A stretch of DNA of 64,000 nucleotides, from IMG/VR virus record IMGVR_UViG_2706796243_000001. One strand, 5' to 3'. A program made the position numbers and the translations under genes. Origin of the DNA: a virus (Duplodnaviria; Heunggongvirae; Uroviricota; Caudoviricetes). Below are positions 1 to 8,552 of the stretch, in pieces (the first letter of the stretch is position 1; each line of letters opens with the position of its first letter). Under the pieces are notes generated by a model. It was not told the DNA's origin and did not search any database. It saw only the letters and a program-made list of their open reading frames with translations.

Positions 1-75
1 TTTTTACCATACAGGGTAGGCGAACGTACAGCTATTTATTAAAACGCCTCACAAAGCGATACAGGAGCTTTTAAG

Positions 76-921
76 ATGACAACCGTTTTCCACACCACAG
101 AGATTCTCGATCATACACAGAACGAATACCCTCACCCGGATCTTGAATCCGAGTTACTCAAGATATTTGAGCGCACAGAGCACGAGCTATCTTACCTTGA
201 ATTTTCAACTGATGAAGATGATGAGGCAGAGTTTAACAAACGACACGGGAATGTAGAGTCTGAGCTTTCTGAACTGAAGGATATAGCGAAGGGTTCAGAG
301 CTTTATGACTATAAGAATTATGTCACCCAACTGGAAGCGCTTGTCGTTACTCTCACAGACTCCCTGATCTCTGTTGGCAAACGGGCAGATACCCTGAGTA
401 AAGATATTTTGTCTGTTGATAACAAGATGGGTCGTGCAGAAATCTCGGATGAGTTTTTGTATCTGTCGGGAGAAGCGGTAAGGGAATTTAACACAGACTC
501 CAGCCTTTACAGCGCTCTTGAGTCTCGCGGTTGGAATAAGTTTCAGCGTGGTTTTGTTTTCAACATCATTCAGGAAGAGAGAACTGGTTACGCAGGTTCT
601 ATTGTTGTTGAGCTTATGCTGCATGGGAGCACTGCAAACAATATGGTTGTTGGTGTTCAGGACTGGATCACTCTTTGCGGTAAGACACTGTGTTTATGTG
701 ACGGTGATGATACCTTAAGAATAGATGCTGTCAATGGGAGCATTGATATTATCTTGACGAAGGATAAAAAGGTCTATCGCTTCAGGCTCTCAGAGATGAA
801 GGATCTTTTCATGGACGTGATGAATCCAACTGATGATGAAATCCTGATGTATAAAATGTCGCACCATGCAGAGTATGATATTTGTGGGTGGAGAGAGACT
901 TTCGGAAAGAAACCAAAATGA
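76..921 (+). CDS. hypothetical protein (281 aa)
   Basis: Long ORF with an upstream AGGAG-like site at ~63-70; no recognisable motifs. Confidence 0.5.
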   Translation: MTTVFHTTEILDHTQNEYPHPDLESELLKIFERTEHELSYLEFSTDEDDEAEFNKRHGNVESELSELKDIAKGSELYDYKNYVTQLEALVVTLTDSLISVGKRADTLSKDILSVDNKMGRAEISDEFLYLSGEAVREFNTDSSLYSALESRGWNKFQRGFVFNIIQEERTGYAGSIVVELMLHGSTANNMVVGVQDWITLCGKTLCLCDGDDTLRIDAVNGSIDIILTKDKKVYRFRLSEMKDLFMDVMNPTDDEILMYKMSHHAEYDICGWRETFGKKPK

Positions 922-948
922 AAACCGTGTGATATTTAGGAGGAAGGT

Positions 949-1536
949 ATGAGTTTAGATTTGGAAATGGAATCGAAACCATCTACAAAACATCGTAGTT
1001 TAGTATGTGGTGTTGGCATAAACGATGCACCGTTTATCACGAGTATGCGGAAAGATGGAAAACTCCATCACCATACGGCCTACAAGGATTGGCACAATAT
1101 GATAAACAGATGCTACAGCGGTAAATACCCCTCTTATCATGGGGTTGTTGTGGTCGATAAGTGGCATTATTTTATGAACTTTCATACATGGTGGTGCAAC
1201 AATTATCAACAAGGATATGCACTTGACAAAGATTTGCTGGTAGAAGGGAACAAGGCTTACGGCCCTGATACTTGTATTTACATCCCTGTGTGGTTGAACA
1301 GTTATATTTCTCGAAATGGAAAACATGCAAGAGGTGTAACATTTGACAAAAAACTTTGTAAGTTCAAGGCACAGAGATCTAAAAATGACCCAAGGGGAAG
1401 GTATATAGGATATTTTGACACAGAGGAAGAGGCACATGCTGCATGGGAATCTGAGAATATATTTGATAACGACCTGAAATCACTTGATATTTCTCTTCAA
1501 GAACTTGTTTTGAAACGGTACGGTTTTTCAAAATGA
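949..1536 (+). CDS. putative freestanding homing-endonuclease-like protein with C-terminal AP2-type DNA-binding domain
   Basis: RBS GGAGGAAGG before the ATG. W-x2-M-x2-RC...Y.GV.V...W..F..F..W block followed by a GRYIGYFDTEEEAHAAWE AP2-like segment. Paralog of the ORF at 52611..53252. Confidence 0.5.
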   Translation: MSLDLEMESKPSTKHRSLVCGVGINDAPFITSMRKDGKLHHHTAYKDWHNMINRCYSGKYPSYHGVVVVDKWHYFMNFHTWWCNNYQQGYALDKDLLVEGNKAYGPDTCIYIPVWLNSYISRNGKHARGVTFDKKLCKFKAQRSKNDPRGRYIGYFDTEEEAHAAWESENIFDNDLKSLDISLQELVLKRYGFSK

Positions 1537-1801
1537 TATTTGTTTGCCCTTGATATTTGTCGGGGAATTTTGAACTGGAAATCAAAATGAAATTCGAAAT
1601 GGTTTTTGAAATGGTTTTCCCTCATAGCCGGGTTGTAAATCCATTTTATTGTGATTTAAGATTTTGGAAAGTACAGCAACTTATCCCAAACCCCACCCAT
1701 GCAACATAATGATTACTAATGGAATTTCCATGCCCCGGTACGATAATTGTGGCAAAATTCCAGAAATGTTAAATCCCTTTTGTTGGGTTTTAAGTCCGAG
1801 T

Positions 1802-2005
1802 ACTCGATCAAGTTTTCGATTTCAAAATCGTATTTTTTCTTTATCGCTGAAAAAATTTTTCTGGATAACACTGGGTACTCGATCGGTTTTTCAAAATCGA
1901 AAACGTATTTTTTCTGTCTATCGAAAAAATTTTTCCGCGCGGTTCTCGATCGAGTTTTCAGTTTTGAAAACGTATTTTTTCTATAGAGCGAAAAAATTTT
2001 TTAGG
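1802..2005. repeat. three tandem ~70-bp direct repeats (CTCGATCNAGTTTTC...AAAACGTATTTTTTCT...GAAAAAATTTTT)
   Basis: Repeat units begin at about 1802, 1877 and 1945. Each unit carries A/T tracts and near-palindromes (CGATTTCAAAATCG, GAAAAAATTTTTC). Confidence 0.8.
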
Positions 2006-2349
2006 GATCGGTAATTTTCTCACACACGCACACGCGATGTCAAGAGAAATTTTTTGTTGAATGAGAATCATTCTCATTTGCAGAATAGCGGGCAGGTTCG
2101 GTGTTTGTCTCGCGATTCCCGTTACCCCTCGCCATGTGTAAATAATAGCATAACCACTCCACGGATCAAGCGTCTTTACAAATCTTTACAAATGTCATCA
2201 GGTCGAACTACCGGCGATCCACCTTCCGACCTGGCACCCGCGCCCGGTACGTTAGCCCCGCCTTTTCGCCGTGGGGTGGCGTTTCCTCTTCTTTGAACTA
2301 ACTATAACCCAGGGCCGCGCCGATTGCAAGCCCCAGGACCAAATATTTT

Positions 2350-2532
2350 TTACAGGGTATCCGCTAAAACTTCCCCGTTTTCCGCTACCACTTTCGCCCG
2401 GTAGAATCCGCCGTTAAGCATACGCAAGGCATGAGGCAACGGCACCGATCTAGACTGACAATGATTTGCTGATGTTTCCCAGGTGAAAAGGGTCACCATT
2501 GTTTCGCTTGTTACTACGTTTACGTTTTCCAT
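2350..2532 (-). CDS. hypothetical small protein (60 aa), divergently transcribed
   Basis: The minus-strand sequence upstream reads GGGTAAAGAAAATG (the same SD type as the plus-strand early genes) with a TTGCAT-17-ACTATA promoter-like sequence. Confidence 0.35.
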   Translation of the reverse strand: MENVNVVTSETMVTLFTWETSANHCQSRSVPLPHALRMLNGGFYRAKVVAENGEVLADTL

Positions 2533-2639
2533 TTTCTTTACCCGCCGTTGTTGTCTCAGTCCTTATATAGTACACGATCCCCGCCAGGATGCAACAAGTA
2601 TAAAGGAAAAACTTTTTTAAAAATTTTTGTCCTGGGGTA

Positions 2640-2668
2640 TTGACGGGAGTTAGTAAGCCGTTTACTAT
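2640..2668 (+). promoter_or_regulatory. sigma70-like early promoter TTGACG-17-TACTAT
   Basis: -35/-10 hexamers with a 17-nt spacer, upstream of the 2720 ORF. Confidence 0.5.
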
Positions 2669-2719
2669 GTATCACATCAGGGCGACACACCGACGCCCCA
2701 CACTGAAAAGGTAAAGCAA

Positions 2720-3250
2720 ATGGACACTATCGAAACTTTCAATTATTCCGAAAACGGCATTGATTTTAGCGTTGACGTTGTATGCTTTAATACAAATGAT
2801 ACATTTGGCGATGAGTGGGAATTGACCGACGATCACCAGGGCGGGGTCACTGTAAAGAATCCTAACGCGGATCGCAATAGTTATAAATATGCTATCCCGT
2901 TACAATACAGCCTGAAAGAGCGGATCGCAGACTTGATCGCCCGTGGTGATGATAACCCATCGCGCCACGCTTACGAGGCCGCACAGGACGCTTTGGAGCG
3001 CGATTTAAACGCCAGTGATTATGGTTTCAGTGTGACCGCCACCGCGAACGGGATCACCCTCCTGGATAATGAGATTATTGGTTGTAGTTTTACCTATTCA
3101 TACCAGGACGAAAGCGATTTGTTGACCGAAGCAAAAGAAGTTTACAACGGCAACGGGATCAACGGTGAAGCGCTGGACGCTGCAAAAAAGGCAGGCGCGG
3201 AGATCATCGCAAACTTTGACGGCCTGAAAAATATTTTAGAAAAAGCTTGA
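2720..3250 (+). CDS. hypothetical protein (176 aa)
   Basis: AAAGGTAAAGCAAATG RBS/start; acidic protein. Confidence 0.55.
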   Translation: MDTIETFNYSENGIDFSVDVVCFNTNDTFGDEWELTDDHQGGVTVKNPNADRNSYKYAIPLQYSLKERIADLIARGDDNPSRHAYEAAQDALERDLNASDYGFSVTATANGITLLDNEIIGCSFTYSYQDESDLLTEAKEVYNGNGINGEALDAAKKAGAEIIANFDGLKNILEKA

Positions 3251-3275
3251 TCACCAAGTCCGGATCGGTTATCTT
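3247..3275 (+). promoter_or_regulatory. PeSL-type promoter TTGATC-17(..CGGATCGGT)-TATCTT
   Basis: The conserved CGGATCGGT spacer core is shared with the promoters at 4400 and 8473. Confidence 0.5.
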
Positions 3276-3282
3276 ACTAACA

Positions 3283-3302
3283 AGCCGGGGACGCGCCCCG
3301 GC
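3283..3302 (+). repeat. PeSL stem-loop GCCGGGG-ACGC-CCCCGGC
   Basis: Perfect GC-rich inverted repeat in the 5' leader of the next ORF. Confidence 0.7.
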
Positions 3303-3322
3303 ACTAACGAGAGGTAAACAAA

Positions 3323-3562
3323 ATGGAAACATTATTGATTGACAATGACGGGTCTTTGTTGGCGGAAGTTACGGCGATTGACGCGCCTTTGTGGTGGCAA
3401 CAAAAGGGGCTAACCAAAACCCGATCCGGGTATGGGACCAAGATCCCTACACAATGGAAAGTTAATTTCCAGGGGCGTGATCGTCGGGTATACGTTGATC
3501 AATATAGTAACGCCGGACACACTTATATAATTGTGAAAGGTCAAAAAATAACTGTAAGATAA
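3323..3562 (+). CDS. hypothetical protein (79 aa)
   Basis: GAGAGGTAAACAAAATG RBS/start. Confidence 0.5.
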   Translation: METLLIDNDGSLLAEVTAIDAPLWWQQKGLTKTRSGYGTKIPTQWKVNFQGRDRRVYVDQYSNAGHTYIIVKGQKITVR

Positions 3563-3565
3563 TTG

Positions 3566-3595
3566 TTGACGCTGGCTAATGTGTGGGGTTATAAT
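3566..3595 (+). promoter_or_regulatory. sigma70-like promoter TTGACG-18-TATAAT
   Basis: Consensus hexamers upstream of the 3647 start. Confidence 0.55.
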
Positions 3596-3646
3596 CTCCA
3601 CACATTGACAAGCGAAACAAATCAACCACACAAACGAGGTTACACC

Positions 3647-4398
<752 letters not shown>

Positions 4399-4399
4399 C

Positions 4400-4428
4400 T
4401 TGCAAACCATCGGCGGATCGGTTACATT
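4400..4428 (+). promoter_or_regulatory. PeSL-type promoter TTGCAA-17(..CGGATCGGT)-TACATT
   Basis: Same architecture as the promoters at 3247 and 8473. Confidence 0.5.
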
Positions 4429-4437
4429 ATTAATCAA

Positions 4438-4456
4438 GGCGGGAGAGGTTCCCGCC
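4438..4456 (+). repeat. PeSL stem-loop GGCGGGAG-AGG-TTCCCGCC
   Basis: Inverted repeat immediately after the promoter and before AAAGGTAAAGAAAATG. Confidence 0.65.
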
Positions 4457-4476
4457 AGACTGAAAAGGTAAAGAAA

Positions 4477-4875
4477 ATGGCAAAGTTTAAAACATCTATC
4501 AATCTGTATGACGCTGTAAACCGCCTGGCCTCATTGTCACGCACGAACCAAACCGGGGATTTTTTCGTTGTTGTTGATTCCTTTGATTTTGGTCGCGATG
4601 TTAACGGAAACACGATCAACAAATACCGCGCCACGCTTCACCGTGGGGATCTGGTATCCGTCCAAAATGGTTACACTGGTTTCGGTGTGCTGGTCCTGGA
4701 GTCGCCCCGTCGCCGGGAACAATCACACAACGAAGGGCAAAGCGCAGCGCTTTACTGGCTTGAAAAAATCGGTTATGATCTGGCTTATGAATCAATGACC
4801 GAAGCGCCCCACACTAAAAAGCGCGCTTATCGCCATGTGTACCGGGTAACTAACAATTATTTAAAGGCGGTGTGA
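4477..4875 (+). CDS. hypothetical protein (132 aa)
   Basis: AAAAGGTAAAGAAAATG RBS/start. Confidence 0.55.
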   Translation: MAKFKTSINLYDAVNRLASLSRTNQTGDFFVVVDSFDFGRDVNGNTINKYRATLHRGDLVSVQNGYTGFGVLVLESPRRREQSHNEGQSAALYWLEKIGYDLAYESMTEAPHTKKRAYRHVYRVTNNYLKAV

Positions 4876-4876
4876 A

Positions 4877-5062
4877 ATGGTCGTAAGCATGGATAACGGG
4901 CAAGTTTTAACGATCTTTAATTCTGCAAACCGCACAATTGAGGACGTAAAGCAAGAGGCAAGCCAACGGATCGACAATCTAAAGATCCCCGGTAAGCTGT
5001 TAGATGATAGCTTGAAAGTGATCGCCGCTTTCGATTCTTTCGGGAAAGAAATCATTAAATAA
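4877..5062 (+). CDS. hypothetical small protein (61 aa)
   Basis: ATG two nt after the preceding stop, with AAGGCGG upstream. Confidence 0.35.
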   Translation: MVVSMDNGQVLTIFNSANRTIEDVKQEASQRIDNLKIPGKLLDDSLKVIAAFDSFGKEIIK

Positions 5063-5158
5063 TTGTTGACTCTTAATAGGTGGGGCTTTAAGATAAGCCC
5101 TACCAAGTAAGAGAAATAACCCGGCAATAATGCCAAACCAAACAAAAGGTAAATTATC

Positions 5159-5725
5159 ATGAATAACAAAATCACTTTCAACGATCAAGATGTTGCCGTT
5201 TTCAACTTCCTGAAAGAAAAAGGGATTGATTTTAAAGCGGTATATGGTGGCGTTAACAACGATCCAGAATGGCAAGCTGATTTGTTTTTCGTGAGTTTCG
5301 AAAAAGGCGGGAAGATTTACCGCTCTGAATTTAAAACGGGAACGGGTCACCGTGTAGGCCGTCACACTGGCTTAACCCCAACCGACGCAAGAGAATTAGC
5401 TAAAGTTGATGCTAAGGTTTCCATCGTTGATCAAAATAACTGGACACGCGACGATTACAAGCGCAACGACAATAAAGCAATGTCTTTCGGTTACCGTGTT
5501 TATGTTGCGACACCTTGCGCCGCAAACGTGCTTTCCTGCCTGCTGTCAGATATTGATCTGGGATCTGAATCTCATGCTGATTTTTGCGCTAATATGGGCT
5601 ATGATGAGGATAGCCGCAAAGGTTTAGAGATTTATCTTGCTTGTCAGAAGACGGGCGAGGAACTCCGCAAAGTGTTTACAGGTGAAGACCTGGAGACACT
5701 CCGCGAGATGTTAGAGGATTATTAA
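5159..5725 (+). CDS. hypothetical protein (188 aa)
   Basis: AAAAGGTAAATTATCATG RBS/start, preceded by a TTGACT promoter-like sequence and the hairpin GGGCTT/AAGCCC (5082-5100). Confidence 0.55.
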   Translation: MNNKITFNDQDVAVFNFLKEKGIDFKAVYGGVNNDPEWQADLFFVSFEKGGKIYRSEFKTGTGHRVGRHTGLTPTDARELAKVDAKVSIVDQNNWTRDDYKRNDNKAMSFGYRVYVATPCAANVLSCLLSDIDLGSESHADFCANMGYDEDSRKGLEIYLACQKTGEELRKVFTGEDLETLREMLEDY

Positions 5726-5727
5726 AA

Positions 5728-6075
5728 GTGTTTAAAATCCTGTTTTTGGTGGCTGCTGCTGCTATCTACTGGAAGATCCCCGCCAGGTTATGGCGGGGCC
5801 TGCTGTGGGTTTATTATGAATACAGGATCGGCAAAGTGTACCATTATTTAGAATACAGATTCCACGGGAACCACTACCACACCCGGCGATCTGGTCCGTT
5901 AAATGATCTTGAGGGTAACGGCTTATTGTGTGAAGTGAAAAAGCGGGGCGGAGTAGTCACGTATCACAAAGAAGGCACAAAGGAGCAGATCGCGGAGATC
6001 ATCGAATGGCGAGCTAATGAATTAGCCGAGAAACAAGGCCGGATCTTTGAACATGCAAACAACAACCGAAAATAA
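5728..6075 (+). CDS. hypothetical protein, N-terminal TM helix (GTG start)
   Basis: GTG start eight nt after GAGGA; hydrophobic N-terminus. Confidence 0.35.
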   Translation: MFKILFLVAAAAIYWKIPARLWRGLLWVYYEYRIGKVYHYLEYRFHGNHYHTRRSGPLNDLEGNGLLCEVKKRGGVVTYHKEGTKEQIAEIIEWRANELAEKQGRIFEHANNNRK

Positions 6076-6091
6076 AACGAGGGTTTAAAAT

Positions 6092-6295
6092 ATGCGCAAC
6101 ATTGAAAAGATGACAAGCAAGCGTGATCGCCTGGCATATGGGGAAGTAAACGAGCGACGCCAGCGAAACGACAAACTACACAAGCCGGAGCGCATCGCCA
6201 AAACCTGGACGCCGGACCGCTACGATCCAAATCTTAACAAGCGGTTAGCCGAAAGAAAGCGCGCTTTACAGTGGCAAGCCGTACAAGATGATTAA
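6092..6295 (+). CDS. hypothetical basic small protein (67 aa)
   Basis: GAGGG RBS; Arg/Lys-rich. Confidence 0.4.
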   Translation: MRNIEKMTSKRDRLAYGEVNERRQRNDKLHKPERIAKTWTPDRYDPNLNKRLAERKRALQWQAVQDD

Positions 6296-6302
6296 ACGAA
6301 AG

Positions 6303-6327
6303 GCCGGGATAATTCCCGGCTTTTTCT
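6303..6327 (+). terminator. rho-independent terminator (GGCCGGGA-TAAT-TCCCGGC + TTTTTCT)
   Basis: GC hairpin of the PeSL hairpin family followed by a T-run. Confidence 0.7.
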
Positions 6328-6560
6328 ATGCAGAAAAGTGAATTTAAGGAGATCTCCGCGAGGTGATGCACTTGCCAGGGTCAAGCCTGGAAGCGCTTAG
6401 AAAGCGTTTTAGAGCGTTTTGCAGGGTATGACATAACCCCGCCACGCTCAAAGGCCCTTAAATTTAGTAACGCAGTGAAACTATCTGCATAATTGTCGCT
6501 ATTCATGCAAAATCGCTGCATATGAGAACAATTCTCAACAAAAATAATTTAAAATAGTGC

Positions 6561-6589
6561 TTGCGTCCTGCTGTGGTTATGTTATCTTT
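6561..6589 (+). promoter_or_regulatory. sigma70-like promoter TTGCGT-17-TATCTT
   Basis: Hexamers upstream of the 6640 ORF. Confidence 0.4.
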
Positions 6590-6639
6590 AATGCGTAGGG
6601 CGGCAATGGTGCCAACCACACAAACCAAAGGTAAATAAA

Positions 6640-6924
6640 ATGCAAAACGTAAAATCTCAGATCGCGGCGCTTGAATCTCAATTCCTGGGTAAAATGGTTT
6701 ACCACAATTACGGGCAAATCGGTTTCGGTGTGGTTACTGGCATTGATGACCGTGATCCGCTTAAATTACGTTTGCGTGTTAAGTTTACCCGCCACAATAC
6801 CCCTGAGCATATCAAAAAATATGACAACCGGGCGGATCGTGTTCGTTGCCTCTTGCCTCAATCGGTCACGGTTTCCCGTGTACGTTATGAGGATTACAAC
6901 CGCACAAACCAGATCAAAAAATAA
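6640..6924 (+). CDS. hypothetical protein (94 aa)
   Basis: CAAAGGTAAATAAAATG RBS/start. Confidence 0.5.
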   Translation: MQNVKSQIAALESQFLGKMVYHNYGQIGFGVVTGIDDRDPLKLRLRVKFTRHNTPEHIKKYDNRADRVRCLLPQSVTVSRVRYEDYNRTNQIKK

Positions 6925-6927
6925 CGC

Positions 6928-6955
6928 TTGACACCCGCGCCGCTTATGCTATGAT
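6928..6955 (+). promoter_or_regulatory. sigma70-like promoter TTGACA-16-TATGAT
   Basis: Hexamers directly after the stop of the 6640 ORF. Confidence 0.45.
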
Positions 6956-7000
6956 TCTACATAGGCGGCAACGGTGCCACCACAAACGAGGGTAAACAAA

Positions 7001-7102
7001 ATGTTAGATTATACTAATTCTTGGTGTGTGGTGGCGCAGGTATCTTTTTTGGTCGCAATGCTTGCCGTTGTTGCTATCTATATCATTTTAGAGGATAATT
7101 GA
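7001..7102 (+). CDS. putative 33-aa hydrophobic peptide (not in ORF track)
   Basis: GAGGGTAAACAAAATG RBS/start. Translation reads MLDYTNSWCVVAQVSFLVAMLAVVAIYIILEDN, a single TM helix. Confidence 0.3.
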   Translation: MLDYTNSWCVVAQVSFLVAMLAVVAIYIILEDN

Positions 7103-7104
7103 TC

Positions 7105-7323
7105 ATGTTCGGATTTATTGTAATGGCTTGTCACATTTCCCTTACGACCATGAAATTAGAGTGTAATTGGATTGTAAAGGAAACTTTTACAGAAGAAAAG
7201 GCTTGCAACGTGTACGAAAACAGCTATAATCTTCTGAAAGGCGAGCAATTCGGCCTTTGTGATGAGTTGAAAGATGGCGCTAAAAAAGGCGACAAAACCC
7301 AAATTCTTTACCTGAAAAAATAA
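7105..7323 (+). CDS. hypothetical protein (72 aa; ATG 7105)
   Basis: GAGGATAATTGATCATG. Confidence 0.4.
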   Translation: MFGFIVMACHISLTTMKLECNWIVKETFTEEKACNVYENSYNLLKGEQFGLCDELKDGAKKGDKTQILYLKK

Positions 7324-7333
7324 GGTTAATCAA

Positions 7334-7519
7334 ATGTTTGAAGTTTTCGCGGGTATCTGTTTTTATGGCGCATCTATGATGATGCAATGTGATGATTTTG
7401 TTATTGAATCATACGATGATCCGCTATCTTGCGAGATCGCCGCTAGTGGTTTACGCCGTGATCCTGATTATATCAATCCGGCCTGTATTCCTTCGCCAGA
7501 AGTGGAACCAATGCCATAA
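7334..7519 (+). CDS. hypothetical small acidic protein (61 aa)
   Basis: AAGG upstream of the ATG. Confidence 0.4.
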   Translation: MFEVFAGICFYGASMMMQCDDFVIESYDDPLSCEIAASGLRRDPDYINPACIPSPEVEPMP

Positions 7520-7565
7520 AAACATTTGACAACGGCGATCCGTTGATCAATAATTACCAGACAAG

Positions 7566-7584
7566 GCCGGGAGCGGTTCCCGGT
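7566..7584 (+). repeat. PeSL stem-loop GGCCGGGA-GCGG-TTCCCGGTC
   Basis: Follows a TTGACA promoter-like sequence at 7526. Confidence 0.65.
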
Positions 7585-7603
7585 CACCTGGTAGAGGTGA
7601 ATC

Positions 7604-7720
7604 ATGAAAGGTTACAAAGTAGAATACACTACAGAAAACCCGGTTTACATTGAGGCGCGTTTTATGTGTCGCCTGGTGTGGTCTTTCGTGATCTTCCTGC
7701 TGTTATTATCTTTCATCTAA
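7604..7720 (+). CDS. putative 38-aa membrane peptide (not in ORF track)
   Basis: GGTAGAGGTGAATCATG. Translation reads MKGYKVEYTTENPVYIEARFMCRLVWSFVIFLLLLSFI. Confidence 0.3.
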   Translation: MKGYKVEYTTENPVYIEARFMCRLVWSFVIFLLLLSFI

Positions 7721-7735
7721 AACGAGGTTTTAAAA

Positions 7736-8077
7736 ATGGAACTTGCAAATAAATTCTTTTTCCTGGCTGGCGTTTCCGATAATGCAAAATGTGATTTTCG
7801 TCGTTTCGATGATAAAACCTTAATGCGTTTTTGCCATGTTAATGACGCTGTGAACGGGGATCGCCTGGACATTATGATCCGCACGGAAACAACCATTGAT
7901 CACGCATCACAGCAGGCAGTAAAAGATCATTACGTGTCTTATCAGCTTGAAGGCGCGAAAGGCTACGTAAAGCAGGCTGACAGCTTGCCGATCCGTCAAT
8001 CTGTGGACGTGTTCGCCGTGGTTGTTGCGATTGTGAATGATGTTTTTCCGGTTGACTCTGAAAACCAGATCGGCTAA
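7736..8077 (+). CDS. hypothetical protein (113 aa)
   Basis: ACGAGG RBS. Confidence 0.5.
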   Translation: MELANKFFFLAGVSDNAKCDFRRFDDKTLMRFCHVNDAVNGDRLDIMIRTETTIDHASQQAVKDHYVSYQLEGAKGYVKQADSLPIRQSVDVFAVVVAIVNDVFPVDSENQIG

Positions 8078-8089
8078 AGTATTCTTAAA

Positions 8090-8109
8090 GGCCGGGGATC
8101 GCCCCCGGT
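8090..8109 (+). repeat. PeSL stem-loop GGCCGGGG-ATCG-CCCCCGGTC
   Basis: GC inverted repeat in the leader of the 8132 ORF. Confidence 0.65.
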
Positions 8110-8131
8110 CATAATGGGAAGGTAAAGATTT

Positions 8132-8464
8132 ATGAAAAATAAAAATGTTTATTGGTCATCCTCATGCGGTCGCCTTTGTCTCATCTTTCGGGACCGTGAG
8201 CAGGTAGAAGAGATCGCCCACTCTGGGGACTGTGAAGCGTCAACGGTGGAGGCCCTGCCTTATTTCCGGGACGGCTTACAGTTTAGCGCATACAGCGACC
8301 AAATGATCCGCGATTACCTGGCCGAAACAGGGATCGAGCGTGAAGGGGTAGACGGGATCGACAATATGGATCGCCACACCCTGGAAATGTACCTGCTATG
8401 GATCGCCGCTGGTGATATGCTGGACATTTTCAACGTTGGCGATGATTACGGCGAGGATGAATAA
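8132..8464 (+). CDS. hypothetical acidic protein (110 aa)
   Basis: GGGAAGGTAAAGATTTATG. Confidence 0.5.
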   Translation: MKNKNVYWSSSCGRLCLIFRDREQVEEIAHSGDCEASTVEALPYFRDGLQFSAYSDQMIRDYLAETGIEREGVDGIDNMDRHTLEMYLLWIAAGDMLDIFNVGDDYGEDE

Positions 8465-8472
8465 AAAAAAGC

Positions 8473-8501
8473 TTGCAAGCCAGGCGCGGATCGGTTAATA
8501 T
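8473..8501 (+). promoter_or_regulatory. PeSL-type promoter TTGCAA-17(..CGGATCGGT)-TAATAT
   Basis: Same spacer core as the promoters at 3247 and 4400. Confidence 0.5.
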
Positions 8502-8509
8502 CTTTTTGA

Positions 8510-8531
8510 GGCCGGGGAATGGTTCCCCGGC
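8510..8531 (+). repeat. PeSL stem-loop GGCCGGGGAA-TG-GTTCCCCGGC
   Basis: Perfect inverted repeat. Confidence 0.7.
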
Positions 8532-8552
8532 AAGCCGGAAAGGTAAACAAAA

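Noticed and set aside
2054-2296. 80-aa plus-strand ORF in a GC-rich stretch
   Set aside because: It starts inside the TGAGAATCATTCTCA palindrome, has no RBS and a Pro/Arg/Ser-rich low-complexity translation. The region more likely holds non-coding regulatory DNA or RNA.
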